Positions 1 to 9,379 are shown, counted from the stretch's first letter. The stretch: 38,394 bases of DNA from Candidatus Nanohalarchaeota archaeon (GCA_017610385.1 JAFCCC010000006.1:1-38394); one strand, 5' to 3'. A program made the numbers and translations. Notes: generated from the letters alone by a model not told the origin.

Positions 1-100
1 TTTTAAAAATCCTTTAAAACCCAGTTAATTAGAAGTAAATGAATTATTCCCCATAGAAAAATTAATCCAGAACCGATGTAAAGGAAAATTTTGTTTAACG

Positions 101-283
101 GTGTTTGTTGGCCCACTAAGTCTAGGAGCAATCTGGACTTATAGAATTTCTGCTTTAATGTTGCTCTCAATGGCCATTATAACTGGATTTACAGGAGCAA
201 GAACTAATGCGATTCCAATTAAATTCGACCCAATTATAAAAGGAATTTGTGCAATTCTATTTATTCTGGGAAGTTTTCTCTAA
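101..283 (+). CDS. small hydrophobic two-helix membrane protein (GTG start); doubtful at the window edge
   Basis: 60-aa ORF with two predicted TM helices and a GTG start, no ATG upstream. No recognisable family. An overlapping minus-strand open frame also runs through 1-130. Confidence 0.25.
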   Translation: MFVGPLSLGAIWTYRISALMLLSMAIITGFTGARTNAIPIKFDPIIKGICAILFILGSFL

Positions 284-497
284 TCACTTCTTATGAGAAT
301 TTGCAACGCCCCTTCGTGGTTCATTGTGCTTTTTATTTTTATTTTTCGATTTGAATTGGACTACTTTCTTCTTTTTTGCCATAATATCTAAAAGTTGGTT
401 CTTACTTAAATAATTTTTACAAAATCTGAAAAACATTGAGACCTTTCCAAACACATTTAAATCAAAAAATGAAAGAATATTTTGATCAAAATGAAAA

Positions 498-785
498 GTG
501 ATGGTCGGACCTGTCGGAATCTCTAAAGCGGTAGTTTCTAGTTATTGTGATTTAGATTCAATTTCTTCAAAAGCCAAGGAAATTCATTTCAGAAAATTTA
601 TAAGCAACCCACTTCTAGAACTGGTTTTGCAAAGATTTTCTGATTTAGAATGCATAACAATGTCAGAATCCGCTTATAAACGAATGAATTCTAAAATGAT
701 TTATAAAGTTAAAAAAAGTAAATTACAAATTAGAGTTTCAAGGTTAATTGGAAGACCAAACATACTGGAGAGAAATTCATTATGA
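498..785 (+). CDS. hypothetical small protein, possibly co-translated with thrS
   Basis: 95-aa ORF whose TGA stop overlaps the thrS ATG (ATGA, 782-785). Not K-rich like neighbouring genes and has no recognisable motif. Confidence 0.3.
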   Translation: MMVGPVGISKAVVSSYCDLDSISSKAKEIHFRKFISNPLLELVLQRFSDLECITMSESAYKRMNSKMIYKVKKSKLQIRVSRLIGRPNILERNSL

Positions 786-2506
786 AATTACTTTTAATAC
801 ATTCAGATTGGATCGAATGGCAAGCTATTAAAAAAGCAATTAAAAATCCTGAAGAAACTGACAAAGATAAAAAGAAAGTAGAAGAAACTCTAGTTGTTTT
901 TACTGCCATAGAAAAATGTGATGAACAAAATCAAAAAGAAGCTGTAAAAAAGTCTACAGATGAAATCAAAAAAGTTTATGATCAAATTAAAGCTCATAGT
1001 ATTGTTCTTTATCCTTATGCTCATTTATCTTCTAATTTATCTTCTTTAGATGTTGGACTACAAATTATGAAAGAAATGGAAGTGAAATTGAAAAAACAAA
1101 ACTTTAAGACTTTCAGAGCACCATTTGGATGGTATAAATCCTTTAATATTAAATGCAAAGGACATCCTTTGTCTGAATTAAGCAAAACTATTTCTTTTGA
1201 GGGGGAAAATATTATGAAAAAATCAGGGCAAGTGAAATTAATCTCAAACGAAAAAATCGATCCTCATAAATTATTAAGAGAAATCTCGAAAACCAAACTT
1301 AGCCGAGAAAAATTAAAGGAAAATGATCACAGAATCATAGGACAAAAAATGGATTTATTTAGTTTTAGTGAAACTGCGCCCGGAATGGTTTTTTGGCACA
1401 ATAATGGTTTAATTATTTACAATGAATTAATCAAATTCTGGAGAAATGAGCACAGAAAAGCAGGTTATCAGGAAATTGCAACCCCACAAATTTTAGATCA
1501 GAAATTATGGGAAATATCCGGTCACTGGGAGAAATTCAAAGACCATATTTTCTTAACAGAATACGAAAACAGAACTTTTGCAGTTAAACCAATGAATTGC
1601 CCAGGAGGAATGCTAGTTTACAAGGCAACTCCAAAATCTTACAAGGATTTGCCATTGAGAATTGGAGAACTAGGAACAGTTCACAGGCAGGAACTATCTG
1701 GTGTTTTAACCGGCTTATTTAGGGTAATTAAGTTTACTCAGGATGACGCTCATATTTTTTGTACTGAAGAGCAACTAAAATCTGAAATTGAGAAAATTTT
1801 GGATCTTATTGATTTGTTCTACAAGAAATTCGGATTTAAATATGAAATGGAGCTTTCAACTAGACCTGAAAAAAGAATCGGGAGTGAAAAGCTTTGGGAT
1901 AAATCTGAAAAGATTCTTGAAAATGTTTTGAAAAGTCGAAAAACCAAGTTTAAAATCAACAAAGGAGATGGAGCATTTTATGGTCCAAAAATTGATTTTC
2001 ATATTAAAGATTCCCAAGAAAGAAGTTGGCAGTGCGCAACAGTTCAGTTAGACTTTGCAATGCCAGAAAGATTTGAATTAGAATACAAAGGAGAAGATAA
2101 TAAACCGCATACGCCTGTTATGTTACATAGAGTTATTTATGGTGCCTTAGAACGATTTATTGGTATTTTATTAGAACATTTAGATGGTAATCTTCCATTA
2201 TGGTTAGCACCCGTTCAGGTTCGAGTACTGAATTTTACTGAAAGAAATTCAAAGGCAGCAGAAAAAATACATAAAAAATTCATTGAGAATGGAATTCGAT
2301 CAGATTTGGATTTGGGTAATGAAACCGTCCAATTAAAAGTAAGAAAAGCGGCCATAGAAAAAATACCCTACATTATTTTAATTGGAGATAAAGAAGAGAA
2401 AAACAAAACTCTGGCAATTCGTGGAAGAGATGGAAAAGTCAAATATAATGTCAAAATAAATGACTTTATTACTAAAACTGTAAAAAATATTTCAGATAGG
2501 GTATAA
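782..2506 (+). CDS. thrS: threonyl-tRNA synthetase, archaeal type with N-terminal editing domain
   Basis: 574 aa. The N-terminus 'MKLLLIHSDWIEW..IKNPEE' matches the archaeal ThrRS editing domain. Class II core motifs and a C-terminal anticodon-binding region are present. Confidence 0.92.
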   Translation: MKLLLIHSDWIEWQAIKKAIKNPEETDKDKKKVEETLVVFTAIEKCDEQNQKEAVKKSTDEIKKVYDQIKAHSIVLYPYAHLSSNLSSLDVGLQIMKEMEVKLKKQNFKTFRAPFGWYKSFNIKCKGHPLSELSKTISFEGENIMKKSGQVKLISNEKIDPHKLLREISKTKLSREKLKENDHRIIGQKMDLFSFSETAPGMVFWHNNGLIIYNELIKFWRNEHRKAGYQEIATPQILDQKLWEISGHWEKFKDHIFLTEYENRTFAVKPMNCPGGMLVYKATPKSYKDLPLRIGELGTVHRQELSGVLTGLFRVIKFTQDDAHIFCTEEQLKSEIEKILDLIDLFYKKFGFKYEMELSTRPEKRIGSEKLWDKSEKILENVLKSRKTKFKINKGDGAFYGPKIDFHIKDSQERSWQCATVQLDFAMPERFELEYKGEDNKPHTPVMLHRVIYGALERFIGILLEHLDGNLPLWLAPVQVRVLNFTERNSKAAEKIHKKFIENGIRSDLDLGNETVQLKVRKAAIEKIPYIILIGDKEEKNKTLAIRGRDGKVKYNVKINDFITKTVKNISDRV

Positions 2507-2943
2507 CCTACAAGAGGCATAAACTACAATAACAAGTTCTACATATGATTTCCATTGTGTAATACGAAAAATACTATGCAATTAGAAAAAAAGGTATTTA
2601 GAATCTAAGCTGTTAACAAGATCACATCTATTTGTTGTTCTTTGTACTCGTGTAAAATGAGCGGTCCCTTGTATTTTAAACCATACTAAAAAAATGTATA
2701 AGTGATTTGTTCCTATTTAAAATTTAGGCTGTTACTTGCAAGAAAAAGATATAGAAAAGCTTACTATTAAATTATGCGATTTTATAAAAAATAAAGAAGT
2801 GACTTTAGAATACACAAGGCGAACGCAGTCTTTATAAAGCTGAGTATGAACTTTTCAAGAGAAAGTAAAATCTTTTTAAAGGTTAATAAGAATGCTTAGT
2901 TAATCTATCAAAAGAAAGAAAAATTAAGTTAAATGTGATTTAA

Positions 2944-3375
2944 ATGGTAACAATATTTGATGTTAATTCAGGGGATCTAATCGAAGAAACTGCGAATGAA
3001 TTAAAACGTAAAAAATTAGTGGAAGCGCCAGAGTGGAGTGCTTTTGTTAAGACCGGATCACATAAAGATAGAGTTCCATCTCAAGAAGATTGGTATTACT
3101 TAAGATGTGCCTCAATTTTAAGAAAATTATATAAAAAAGGGCCTGTTGGCGTTTCAAGATTAAGAATAATTTATGGTGGAAGAAAAAATAGAGGCCATAA
3201 AACAGAACATTTTAGAAAATCTGGTGGAAAAATTATTCGTTCGGCACTACAACAATTAGAAAATGCAGAATTAGTTAAAAAAGCAGAAAAAAAGCAAGGT
3301 AGAGAAATAACTTCAAAGGGAATTAGTTTCTTAGATAATCTTGCATTAAAAGTAAGTAAAAATGAATCCAAATGA
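2944..3375 (+). CDS. rps19e: 30S ribosomal protein S19e
   Basis: Shows S19e hallmarks: 'LVEAPEWSAFVKTGSHKDR..DWYYLRCASILRKLY..GPVGVSRLRIIYGG..RKSGG'. Confidence 0.9.
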   Translation: MVTIFDVNSGDLIEETANELKRKKLVEAPEWSAFVKTGSHKDRVPSQEDWYYLRCASILRKLYKKGPVGVSRLRIIYGGRKNRGHKTEHFRKSGGKIIRSALQQLENAELVKKAEKKQGREITSKGISFLDNLALKVSKNESK

Positions 3376-3640
3376 ACTCAACCAAATTGAACAATTAAGA
3401 AAACAACAAGAAATGATGAATCATATTCGGATAATAAGTGCGAAATTAATGACACGGGAAGCGCGTTCGCGCTTGGGAAACATTAGGGCAGTTAAACCAG
3501 AATTAGCCTCTCAAATTGAACTTCAATTAGTTCAATTGGTTCAAAATGGTCAAATGCAAGATAAAATAACAGATGATGACTTAAAAACAATATTAAAACA
3601 ATTACAAAATAAAAAAGAAATTCAAATTAAAAGAAAGTGA
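3362..3640 (+). CDS. PDCD5/TFAR19-family DNA-binding protein (COG2118)
   Basis: 92 aa with the family pattern 'MTREARSRLGNIRAVKPELASQIELQLVQL..DDDLKTIL'. Sits in the conserved archaeal position between S19e and L39e. Confidence 0.75.
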   Translation: MNPNELNQIEQLRKQQEMMNHIRIISAKLMTREARSRLGNIRAVKPELASQIELQLVQLVQNGQMQDKITDDDLKTILKQLQNKKEIQIKRK

Positions 3641-3645
3641 TTTAA

Positions 3646-3819
3646 ATGGCAGCTCGAAAAAACTTGGGAAAAAAGAAAAGGTTGATTAGTGGCGCGCGAA
3701 GCGCGAAATCTGCTCCAAGATGGATAGATTTAAAGAAATTTGGAATAAAACGGTCTATGAGTAGATCAACAAAGAGATTTAAGAGCAGGCATTGGAGAAG
3801 AGGAGACACAGGGGAATAG
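3646..3819 (+). CDS. rpl39e: 50S ribosomal protein L39e
   Basis: 57-aa basic ORF 'MAARKNLGKKKRLISGARSAKSAPRWIDLKKFGIKRSMSRSTKRFKSRHWRRGDTGE'. Not in the ORF track because it is under 60 aa. The antisense ORF 3642-3836 is its shadow. Confidence 0.8.
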   Translation: MAARKNLGKKKRLISGARSAKSAPRWIDLKKFGIKRSMSRSTKRFKSRHWRRGDTGE

Positions 3820-3820
3820 A

Positions 3821-4594
3821 ATGGCAACAGAAACAAAACATATAAGATTAAATTTGAAGGATTCTATTTTCGCAGCCAGAAATAAAAGAGCGCCAATGGC
3901 TATGAAGATTTTAAAAAGGGAATTAAAAAGAAAATTAAAAACAGAAACTCTGTCTATTAGTCATTTAATTAATGAAGAAATTTGGAAGAGAGGTATTAGA
4001 ACGCCTCCAATTAGATTAGATGTTCAAACAAGGGAACAAGATGGTATTTTTTATATTGAATTAGAAGGAAAGGAATTGAAACTTCCAGTTAAGGACGCAG
4101 AAAAGAAAAAGAAACCAAAAGCTGAAGGAAAAACAGAAACTCCAAAAACCGAAGAGAAAACGAAAATTTCTAAAGCAGATGAGCAAAAAGGGGCAAAAAA
4201 AGTGCAGGAAATCGAAGCAAAAACTGAAGAAAAGAAAGGGAAGAAAACAGAAACAACTTTAGAAACTAAAGAAGTCAAAAAGGGCGAAAAAGTAGAAAAA
4301 ACTGAGAAAGTAGAGAAAAAAGAAGCGCCAACGGCTGAAAAACCAGTTGAAAAGAAAGAGGAAAAACCTGTTGAAGGAGAATCTGTGAAAGAAGAGAAAA
4401 CGGTTGAAGAAAAGCCAATTGAAAAGGGAGATTCAAAAAAAGAAACCAAACTTGCGCCAGAACAAAAGAAAGCTAAAATTGAAAAATCAGTAGAAGTAAA
4501 AGAAACGGAAAAGGAAACACGGAAAAAGCCGGCAGAAATAAAGAAGGAAAAAGAATCAAAGGCCGAAGAGAAAAAAGACGAAAAAATTGCGTAA
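3821..4594 (+). CDS. rpl31e: 50S ribosomal protein L31e with an unusual ~170-aa Lys/Glu-rich C-terminal extension
   Basis: The N-terminal ~90 aa match L31e ('HIRLNLKDSIFAARNKRAPMAMKILKREL..LDVQTREQDGIFYIEL'). The remainder is low-complexity KE(K/T) repeats. Confidence 0.8.
   Translation: MATETKHIRLNLKDSIFAARNKRAPMAMKILKRELKRKLKTETLSISHLINEEIWKRGIRTPPIRLDVQTREQDGIFYIELEGKELKLPVKDAEKKKKPKAEGKTETPKTEEKTKISKADEQKGAKKVQEIEAKTEEKKGKKTETTLETKEVKKGEKVEKTEKVEKKEAPTAEKPVEKKEEKPVEGESVKEEKTVEEKPIEKGDSKKETKLAPEQKKAKIEKSVEVKETEKETRKKPAEIKKEKESKAEEKKDEKIA
4483..4506. repeat. 24-nt direct repeat, copy 1 (within the L31e tail coding region)
   Basis: AAAATCAGTAGAAGTAAAAGAAAC recurs with 23/24 identity at 5466-5489. 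Confidence 0.6.
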
Positions 4595-4650
4595 ACTAAT
4601 TCTGAACAATAAAGGAAAACTATATTATCTCATTAAAGTCATACTTTCAT

Positions 4651-5463
4651 ATGGTCTCAGAACCCAATGGAATTGAAATAATTAAAACAATCAAAGAGAA
4701 AGCACTTTCTTCAGTATATTTAGTAAAAATTGCAGATAGTTTATTCATCAAAAAAACAATTCACAAAGACTTTAAAACCGAAATTGACAAACAAAAATGG
4801 ATTTATGATCAATGTAAAATTGTAAGAATTCCAAAAATTTATTCTCATTGGAAAGAAAAAAATTCTGTTTCATTTATTATGGAATATATTCCTTACAAAA
4901 AAAGAATTAGTTTAAAAACGGCGTTGAGAACTATTGAACTGTTTCATTTAGAAACTGAAAAAAAACCAAATAAATTCTTTAGAATCTATGATTTTAATGA
5001 GTTCTACAAAGATTTTATGTTGGCAAATCCACACATCCCAAATGAAGTGAAAAAGATGAGTAAAGTTCAATTACAAGACTTATTCTGCGAAGTTTTTGAA
5101 AGTGAAAAATCAATTTTACATGGAGATTTTCACAAAGATCAAGTTTTTAGATTTGGCAATGATTGTGGAATTATGGATTTCTGCGGTTCATTTTATGGGC
5201 CAAAGATCTTAGATTATGCATATTACTTCAGGCATCAAAAAGTAAATCACATAGTATTTTCACATATTTTAAAAAATAGTGTATATTCTTTGAAAAGAAA
5301 GAAAAAGATTTTTCAGAAAGCAATTATTCTAATTTGTATTTTTGATATTGCGTGGCTAATAAATCGAAAAAAACACGAAAAGAAAGATTTTACGAAAATC
5401 ATTGAAAAAAATAGCAAAATAATTTCTAAAAAGATGGGAAAGCTAAAGAAAGAAATTAGATAA
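4651..5463 (+). CDS. atypical protein-kinase-fold protein (Bud32/RIO/APH-like phosphotransferase)
   Basis: 'ILHGDFHKDQVF' resembles the catalytic-loop HGDxxxxN motif and 'IMDFCGS' the DFG/IDFG motif. An N-terminal Lys-containing beta-strand region is present. 270 aa. Confidence 0.45.
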   Translation: MVSEPNGIEIIKTIKEKALSSVYLVKIADSLFIKKTIHKDFKTEIDKQKWIYDQCKIVRIPKIYSHWKEKNSVSFIMEYIPYKKRISLKTALRTIELFHLETEKKPNKFFRIYDFNEFYKDFMLANPHIPNEVKKMSKVQLQDLFCEVFESEKSILHGDFHKDQVFRFGNDCGIMDFCGSFYGPKILDYAYYFRHQKVNHIVFSHILKNSVYSLKRKKKIFQKAIILICIFDIAWLINRKKHEKKDFTKIIEKNSKIISKKMGKLKKEIR

Positions 5464-5465
5464 CT

Positions 5466-5489
5466 AAAATCAGCAGAAGTAAAAGAAAC
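5466..5489. repeat. 24-nt direct repeat, copy 2 (immediately after the kinase-like gene stop)
   Basis: AAAATCAGCAGAAGTAAAAGAAAC, 23/24 identical to 4483-4506. Read in the kinase gene's frame after its stop it encodes 'LKSAEVKETKRRKKTVKTEESD*', an L31e-tail-like KE peptide. Confidence 0.6.
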
Positions 5490-5553
5490 AAAAAGAAGAA
5501 AGAAAACTGTAAAAACTGAAGAAAGTGACTAGAGGTTAACCACAGCATCTATG

Positions 5554-6516
5554 TCAAATCAAGGTTTTACCAAGTTTCTCTTGAGCAATTTCATTAATAC
5601 CCTTCTTAATAAAGTTACTTTCTAGAGCAAATCCTAAATTATCTCCCATAACTTTAAAGTTATTGATTCCAACAACCTCACCATTGGTATTAATCAATGG
5701 ACCTCCAGAATTACCTGGATTTAATGCGGCATCTATTTGAACATATTGTCCAGAATAACCACTAATTAATCTATGTGAAGCAGAGATAATTCCTTCAGTC
5801 ACTGAAAATGAAAGTCCATAGGGATTACCAATTGCTATTACTTTTTCACCTACTTTTATTTCTTCTGAATCGCTCAAAATAAGAGGTTTGTAATTGCCTG
5901 AAAGTTTTAGTAAAGCCAGATCAAGAGAATTACTATAACCTATCAAACTCATATATTGTTCGGTTTGATTTACAGTTATCGCTTTTGCGTATGTAGCACC
6001 GTCTAAAACATGCGCGTTGGTTACAACATATCCATCAGAAGTAATAATAAATCCAGAACCTTGTGCTACATTTGTTTTAATTGAAATAACATCTTCTATA
6101 ACATGTCCTATGATGTCTGAAAAATCCGAAGAAGTTTTTGATTTAATGGCCTTAATTTGATTTTCTAGACTTGCTTGTGCTTCAGATAAACTACTCTGAG
6201 TAAAATTAATTGATTCATCGAGTTTCGTAATCTCGTTTTCAATTAATATAATATCATTTTGATTAGACGAGACAGAGTTATCTAATTTAGTTACATTAGT
6301 GTTAATTAGAGCTAAATTTTCACTTAGATTGCTTAATTTATTCATAACACGTCTGTTATTTGCAACAATAACTTCAGAATTGTATGAAACAGTATTCTGG
6401 AGTTGAGTTAATTGAACAAAAAAATATGTGGTAACAAAGCTCTGCAGAACAAAAATTATAATTACGCTTATATAAATTACTCTATTATTTACTGCTTTTT
6501 TCTTAGGATTAATCAT
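5554..6516 (-). CDS. trypsin-like serine protease (HtrA/DegP family, S1C) with N-terminal TM anchor and coiled coil, no PDZ
   Basis: 'GSGFIITSDGYVVTNAHV' around the catalytic His and 'GNSGGPLIN' around the catalytic Ser. N-terminal TM helix followed by a ~130-aa coiled-coil region. Confidence 0.8.
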   Translation of the reverse strand: MINPKKKAVNNRVIYISVIIIFVLQSFVTTYFFVQLTQLQNTVSYNSEVIVANNRRVMNKLSNLSENLALINTNVTKLDNSVSSNQNDIILIENEITKLDESINFTQSSLSEAQASLENQIKAIKSKTSSDFSDIIGHVIEDVISIKTNVAQGSGFIITSDGYVVTNAHVLDGATYAKAITVNQTEQYMSLIGYSNSLDLALLKLSGNYKPLILSDSEEIKVGEKVIAIGNPYGLSFSVTEGIISASHRLISGYSGQYVQIDAALNPGNSGGPLINTNGEVVGINNFKVMGDNLGFALESNFIKKGINEIAQEKLGKTLI

Positions 6517-6879
6517 GTTAGTAAATTGGTGAAAAAATATAAAATAAATATGGACGTAAAATATATTTTTTCATAAATTAATTCATAGCAACTTATTCAT
6601 ATCGTAATACATCTACTGGCTTTAATTTTTGAGGTCGGTGCGCAGGAATTGATCCTGCAATAATATGTATGATTAGTGAAAAAAATAAGCGCTCGGTAGC
6701 AATGACGGAGATAAAACACCAGATTAAACAGCCTTTATTCTTTCGTCATGATCTTATGCAGTCTGAGTATTTAGTTTGGCACTAAAGGCTGTGAAAGTTA
6801 CATGCTAAATAATTATATTAATTTTATTTTTATATTCCAGTTCTGTGCGGTTTTTAGCTTCTTTTATAGTGTACGTTAC

Positions 6880-6920
6880 AAAAAATGAAAAAGAAAGGGG
6901 GTTTGGGCCCTTTTTTAAGT
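6880..6920 (-). terminator. hairpin plus T-tract downstream of the LTXXQ gene (minus strand)
   Basis: Minus-strand 5'-AAAGGG-cccaaacc-CCCTTT followed by CTTTTTCATTTTTT, directly after the 6925 stop. Confidence 0.4.
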
Positions 6921-6924
6921 AGAA

Positions 6925-7458
6925 TTAGCCATTAAAGGGACAATCAGATAATGCAGTTCTAAAGCCTCTTTTAAATCCCTGATTAAAGGCTCTGTTCTCT
7001 TTTTCCATAGCTTGTCTTCTTCCAAATTCATTCGCGTTAGGCAACAATTCTGAAAGTTCGCCTTTTATTTGCTCTGTTAGTTCCGTATCTCCAGCATCAA
7101 TAGCATCTCTTAGATTTTCCCGTAATTCTCTAATTTCTGTCATTTGTTCATATCTTTCCTGAACCTGACTAAATCTTTCTTCTGTTAATTGGGCATTATG
7201 AAGGGCTTTCCAAGAATCATAATCTCCATTTTCTACAGCTTGCCGAATCTGTTCATGAAATTCTTGCACCTCTGTTCTTTCTCCATCAGTTAACGTTGGG
7301 TTATTAAATCCACCAAACTGATATGCTGCCACAAAGCCTGTTGAAAGAATTAAAGTTAATGCAACAGCAAGCATCCCTATTGTTTTTTTGGTTGTCATTT
7401 TTTTCACCTCTTTTGAGAACAGATTCTCTTGTCGTATATATAAATCGGGTGGACTCAA
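6925..7458 (-). CDS. LTXXQ-motif (Spy/CpxP/ZraP-like) membrane-anchored helical protein
   Basis: N-terminal TM/signal anchor followed by repeated LTxxQ-like motifs ('LTDGERTEVQEF', 'LTEERFSQVQERY', 'LTEQIKGEL'). Gln/Glu-rich and helical. GC is clearly higher than its surroundings. Confidence 0.5.
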   Translation of the reverse strand: MSPPDLYIRQENLFSKEVKKMTTKKTIGMLAVALTLILSTGFVAAYQFGGFNNPTLTDGERTEVQEFHEQIRQAVENGDYDSWKALHNAQLTEERFSQVQERYEQMTEIRELRENLRDAIDAGDTELTEQIKGELSELLPNANEFGRRQAMEKENRAFNQGFKRGFRTALSDCPFNG

Positions 7459-7508
7459 AGTCCACTAATTATTATAAAACCAAACTACGAAGTTAATTAC
7501 AGATAAAA

Positions 7509-8186
7509 ATGCCAGGTCCAATGTTTTACCAATCTATGGGAATAGATGTATTATACGCTTTTGTACTGATTATGTGCAGTCTGATAATTTATTTTGGGAC
7601 TAGAGAAGTTTATAAATTGAGTGAATATAAAGGAATCAAATATTTCAGACTTTCTTTTTTATATTTTGCATTATCTCTCTTTTTTAGATCCTTTATCAGA
7701 ATTATAGTGCTTTTTTTCAATGACCCACGAGTTTTACACTTTTCAATGAGAGCTTGGGGTCCAGTAACCGTAGTACTATTTACCTATACAAGCATAATGG
7801 CGGTTTTATGTTTACTATACAGCGTACTTTATAAAAAATGGAAAAATGAAAAGTTAATTTTTGGAATTTTTAACTCTGTTGCGCTTTTAATTTCATTAAT
7901 TACAGCACTTCTAACTATTCCTTTGTTAACTTTGAGTTTACAAGTAATTTTATTTGTTTTTGTAGGGTTAACTTCATATCTGGCTTATAAAGATTGCAAA
8001 AATACAAAGAAACGAAATTCTCTGTATTTCAATTATATCTTGCTTTTCGCATTTTGGACACTCAACATGATTGATATTTTGATCCCAAGATTTATCCCAA
8101 TCATTCAGATTCTGATTTATCTGGTTTCAATTGGAATTTTCATGTCCATACTTTACAAAGTAATTCGAAGGGTGGGTTCAATATAA
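7509..8186 (+). CDS. polytopic membrane protein (about 6 TM), unknown function
   Basis: 225 aa and very hydrophobic. Its TAA stop overlaps the start of the next gene (TAATG). Confidence 0.5.
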   Translation: MPGPMFYQSMGIDVLYAFVLIMCSLIIYFGTREVYKLSEYKGIKYFRLSFLYFALSLFFRSFIRIIVLFFNDPRVLHFSMRAWGPVTVVLFTYTSIMAVLCLLYSVLYKKWKNEKLIFGIFNSVALLISLITALLTIPLLTLSLQVILFVFVGLTSYLAYKDCKNTKKRNSLYFNYILLFAFWTLNMIDILIPRFIPIIQILIYLVSIGIFMSILYKVIRRVGSI

Positions 8187-8458
8187 TGGCAAAAAGAAGT
8201 CGCTTAGAAATAATAAGAGATATTCTTAAAATTATTCATCAGAATAAAAATTCAATAATAAAAACTCCATTACTAAGAAAATCAAATATGTCTTCTACTC
8301 GTTTTTCTGAATATTTCAACGAAATGTTAAAACGTGGTTTAATCTACGAAAAAGCTGATAAAAAAGGAAAAGTTTCAATTGCTTTAACAAACAAAGGATA
8401 TCATTATTTGGATAAGTACAATCAGATTATAGAATTTATTGAAGAGTTTGATTTGTAG
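8186..8458 (+). CDS. small winged-helix DNA-binding protein (archaeal HTH_45-like)
   Basis: 90 aa with the family-typical pattern 'RSRLEIIRDILKIIHQN...LRKSNMSSTRFSEYFNEMLKRGLIY...KG..YL'. Translationally coupled to the upstream membrane protein. Confidence 0.55.
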   Translation: MAKRSRLEIIRDILKIIHQNKNSIIKTPLLRKSNMSSTRFSEYFNEMLKRGLIYEKADKKGKVSIALTNKGYHYLDKYNQIIEFIEEFDL

Positions 8459-8545
8459 AACTTGGGTTTATTTTACTTCTTTAGAGTTCATGAATTACCT
8501 TCAAAATTCACAAGCCATATAAACGAGTTTAAAAAGTATTAAACT

Positions 8546-9310
8546 ATGACTTATAAATACATTAAAAAGGCTAACCTACACCTTCATTCCAATTATTCGG
8601 ATGGAATTCATTCTGTACATTCTATTCTAAAAATGGTGCAGAAACGCGGTTTTGATGTAATTGCCATAACAGATCATAATGAAATTAAAGGGTCACTTAA
8701 GGCGTTTGAACTGGGAAAGAAACAGAATCTACTCATTTTGCCGGGAATAGAAATCTTTTTTAAACTGAATAGAAAAATTAAAGAGCTTCTAATTTACTTT
8801 GAAAATCCAGAAGAACTAAAATCCTTCTATGAAAAATTTATCGACAAACAATTTATGCTTTCTTTTTCAAATATGCGAGAGTTTGAGGTGTTTATAAAAG
8901 AAATAAGAAAATTGCAAGGAGCCATTGTTTTACCTCATCCGTCATCTAAAAAAGGATTCGCAAGAAGGGATTTTAAAACATTTGATTTTGATGGTTTCGA
9001 AATTATCAGTGCTAGTCATAAGCTAAAACAAAATAAAGAATTAACCGCATTCAATTTTGCCTGTAAAGACAAATTACAAATGGGAGGTGCAGATTTTCAT
9101 ATTTGGCCAGCGGGTTTAAACAGTGCATACACGCTATTGAATTCAAACAACGCTATAACCCAATCTGAGCTTTTTGCAAATCTCATCAGAAAGAAAAAAA
9201 CCATTGAATTTGTTCCAACGGGAAAACCACTTCCGTTTCTAAAAAGATTTACTAAACTGATAATTACTTCTCCAAATATAATTTACTATTTATTCAGAAA
9301 AGCATTTTAA
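8546..9310 (+). CDS. PHP-domain metal-dependent phosphoesterase
   Basis: 'NLHLHSNYSDGIHSV' gives the HxH...SDG motif and 'DVIAITDHN' follows. 254 aa. Confidence 0.75.
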   Translation: MTYKYIKKANLHLHSNYSDGIHSVHSILKMVQKRGFDVIAITDHNEIKGSLKAFELGKKQNLLILPGIEIFFKLNRKIKELLIYFENPEELKSFYEKFIDKQFMLSFSNMREFEVFIKEIRKLQGAIVLPHPSSKKGFARRDFKTFDFDGFEIISASHKLKQNKELTAFNFACKDKLQMGGADFHIWPAGLNSAYTLLNSNNAITQSELFANLIRKKKTIEFVPTGKPLPFLKRFTKLIITSPNIIYYLFRKAF

Positions 9311-9379
9311 TGAAGCTATTTTATGAACCTTTTTTAGAAAAATAAAGAAATAATACCCAAAAAACATGGAATTTTAATT

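Noticed and set aside
288-373. 33-aa basic minus-strand ORF 'MAKKKKVVQFKSKNKNKK...'
   Set aside because: It is too short with no recognisable ribosomal-protein match, though it could be a genuine micro-protein.
2507-2943. 437-nt intergenic region upstream of rps19e as a possible RNA gene
   Set aside because: It is AT-rich with no stable helices or conserved motifs visible, more likely a promoter or leader region.
3171-4449. Antisense ORFs 3171-3371, 3642-3836 and 4051-4449
   Set aside because: They are low-complexity S/F-rich shadows opposite S19e, L39e and L31e, whose identities are clear.
6600-6800. tRNA or 5S rRNA in the GC-rich patch
   Set aside because: There is no acceptor or T-arm (GTTCRANYC) geometry and no 5S consensus. 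The 5+7+5 hairpin loop reads AATTGAT, which is not T-loop-like.
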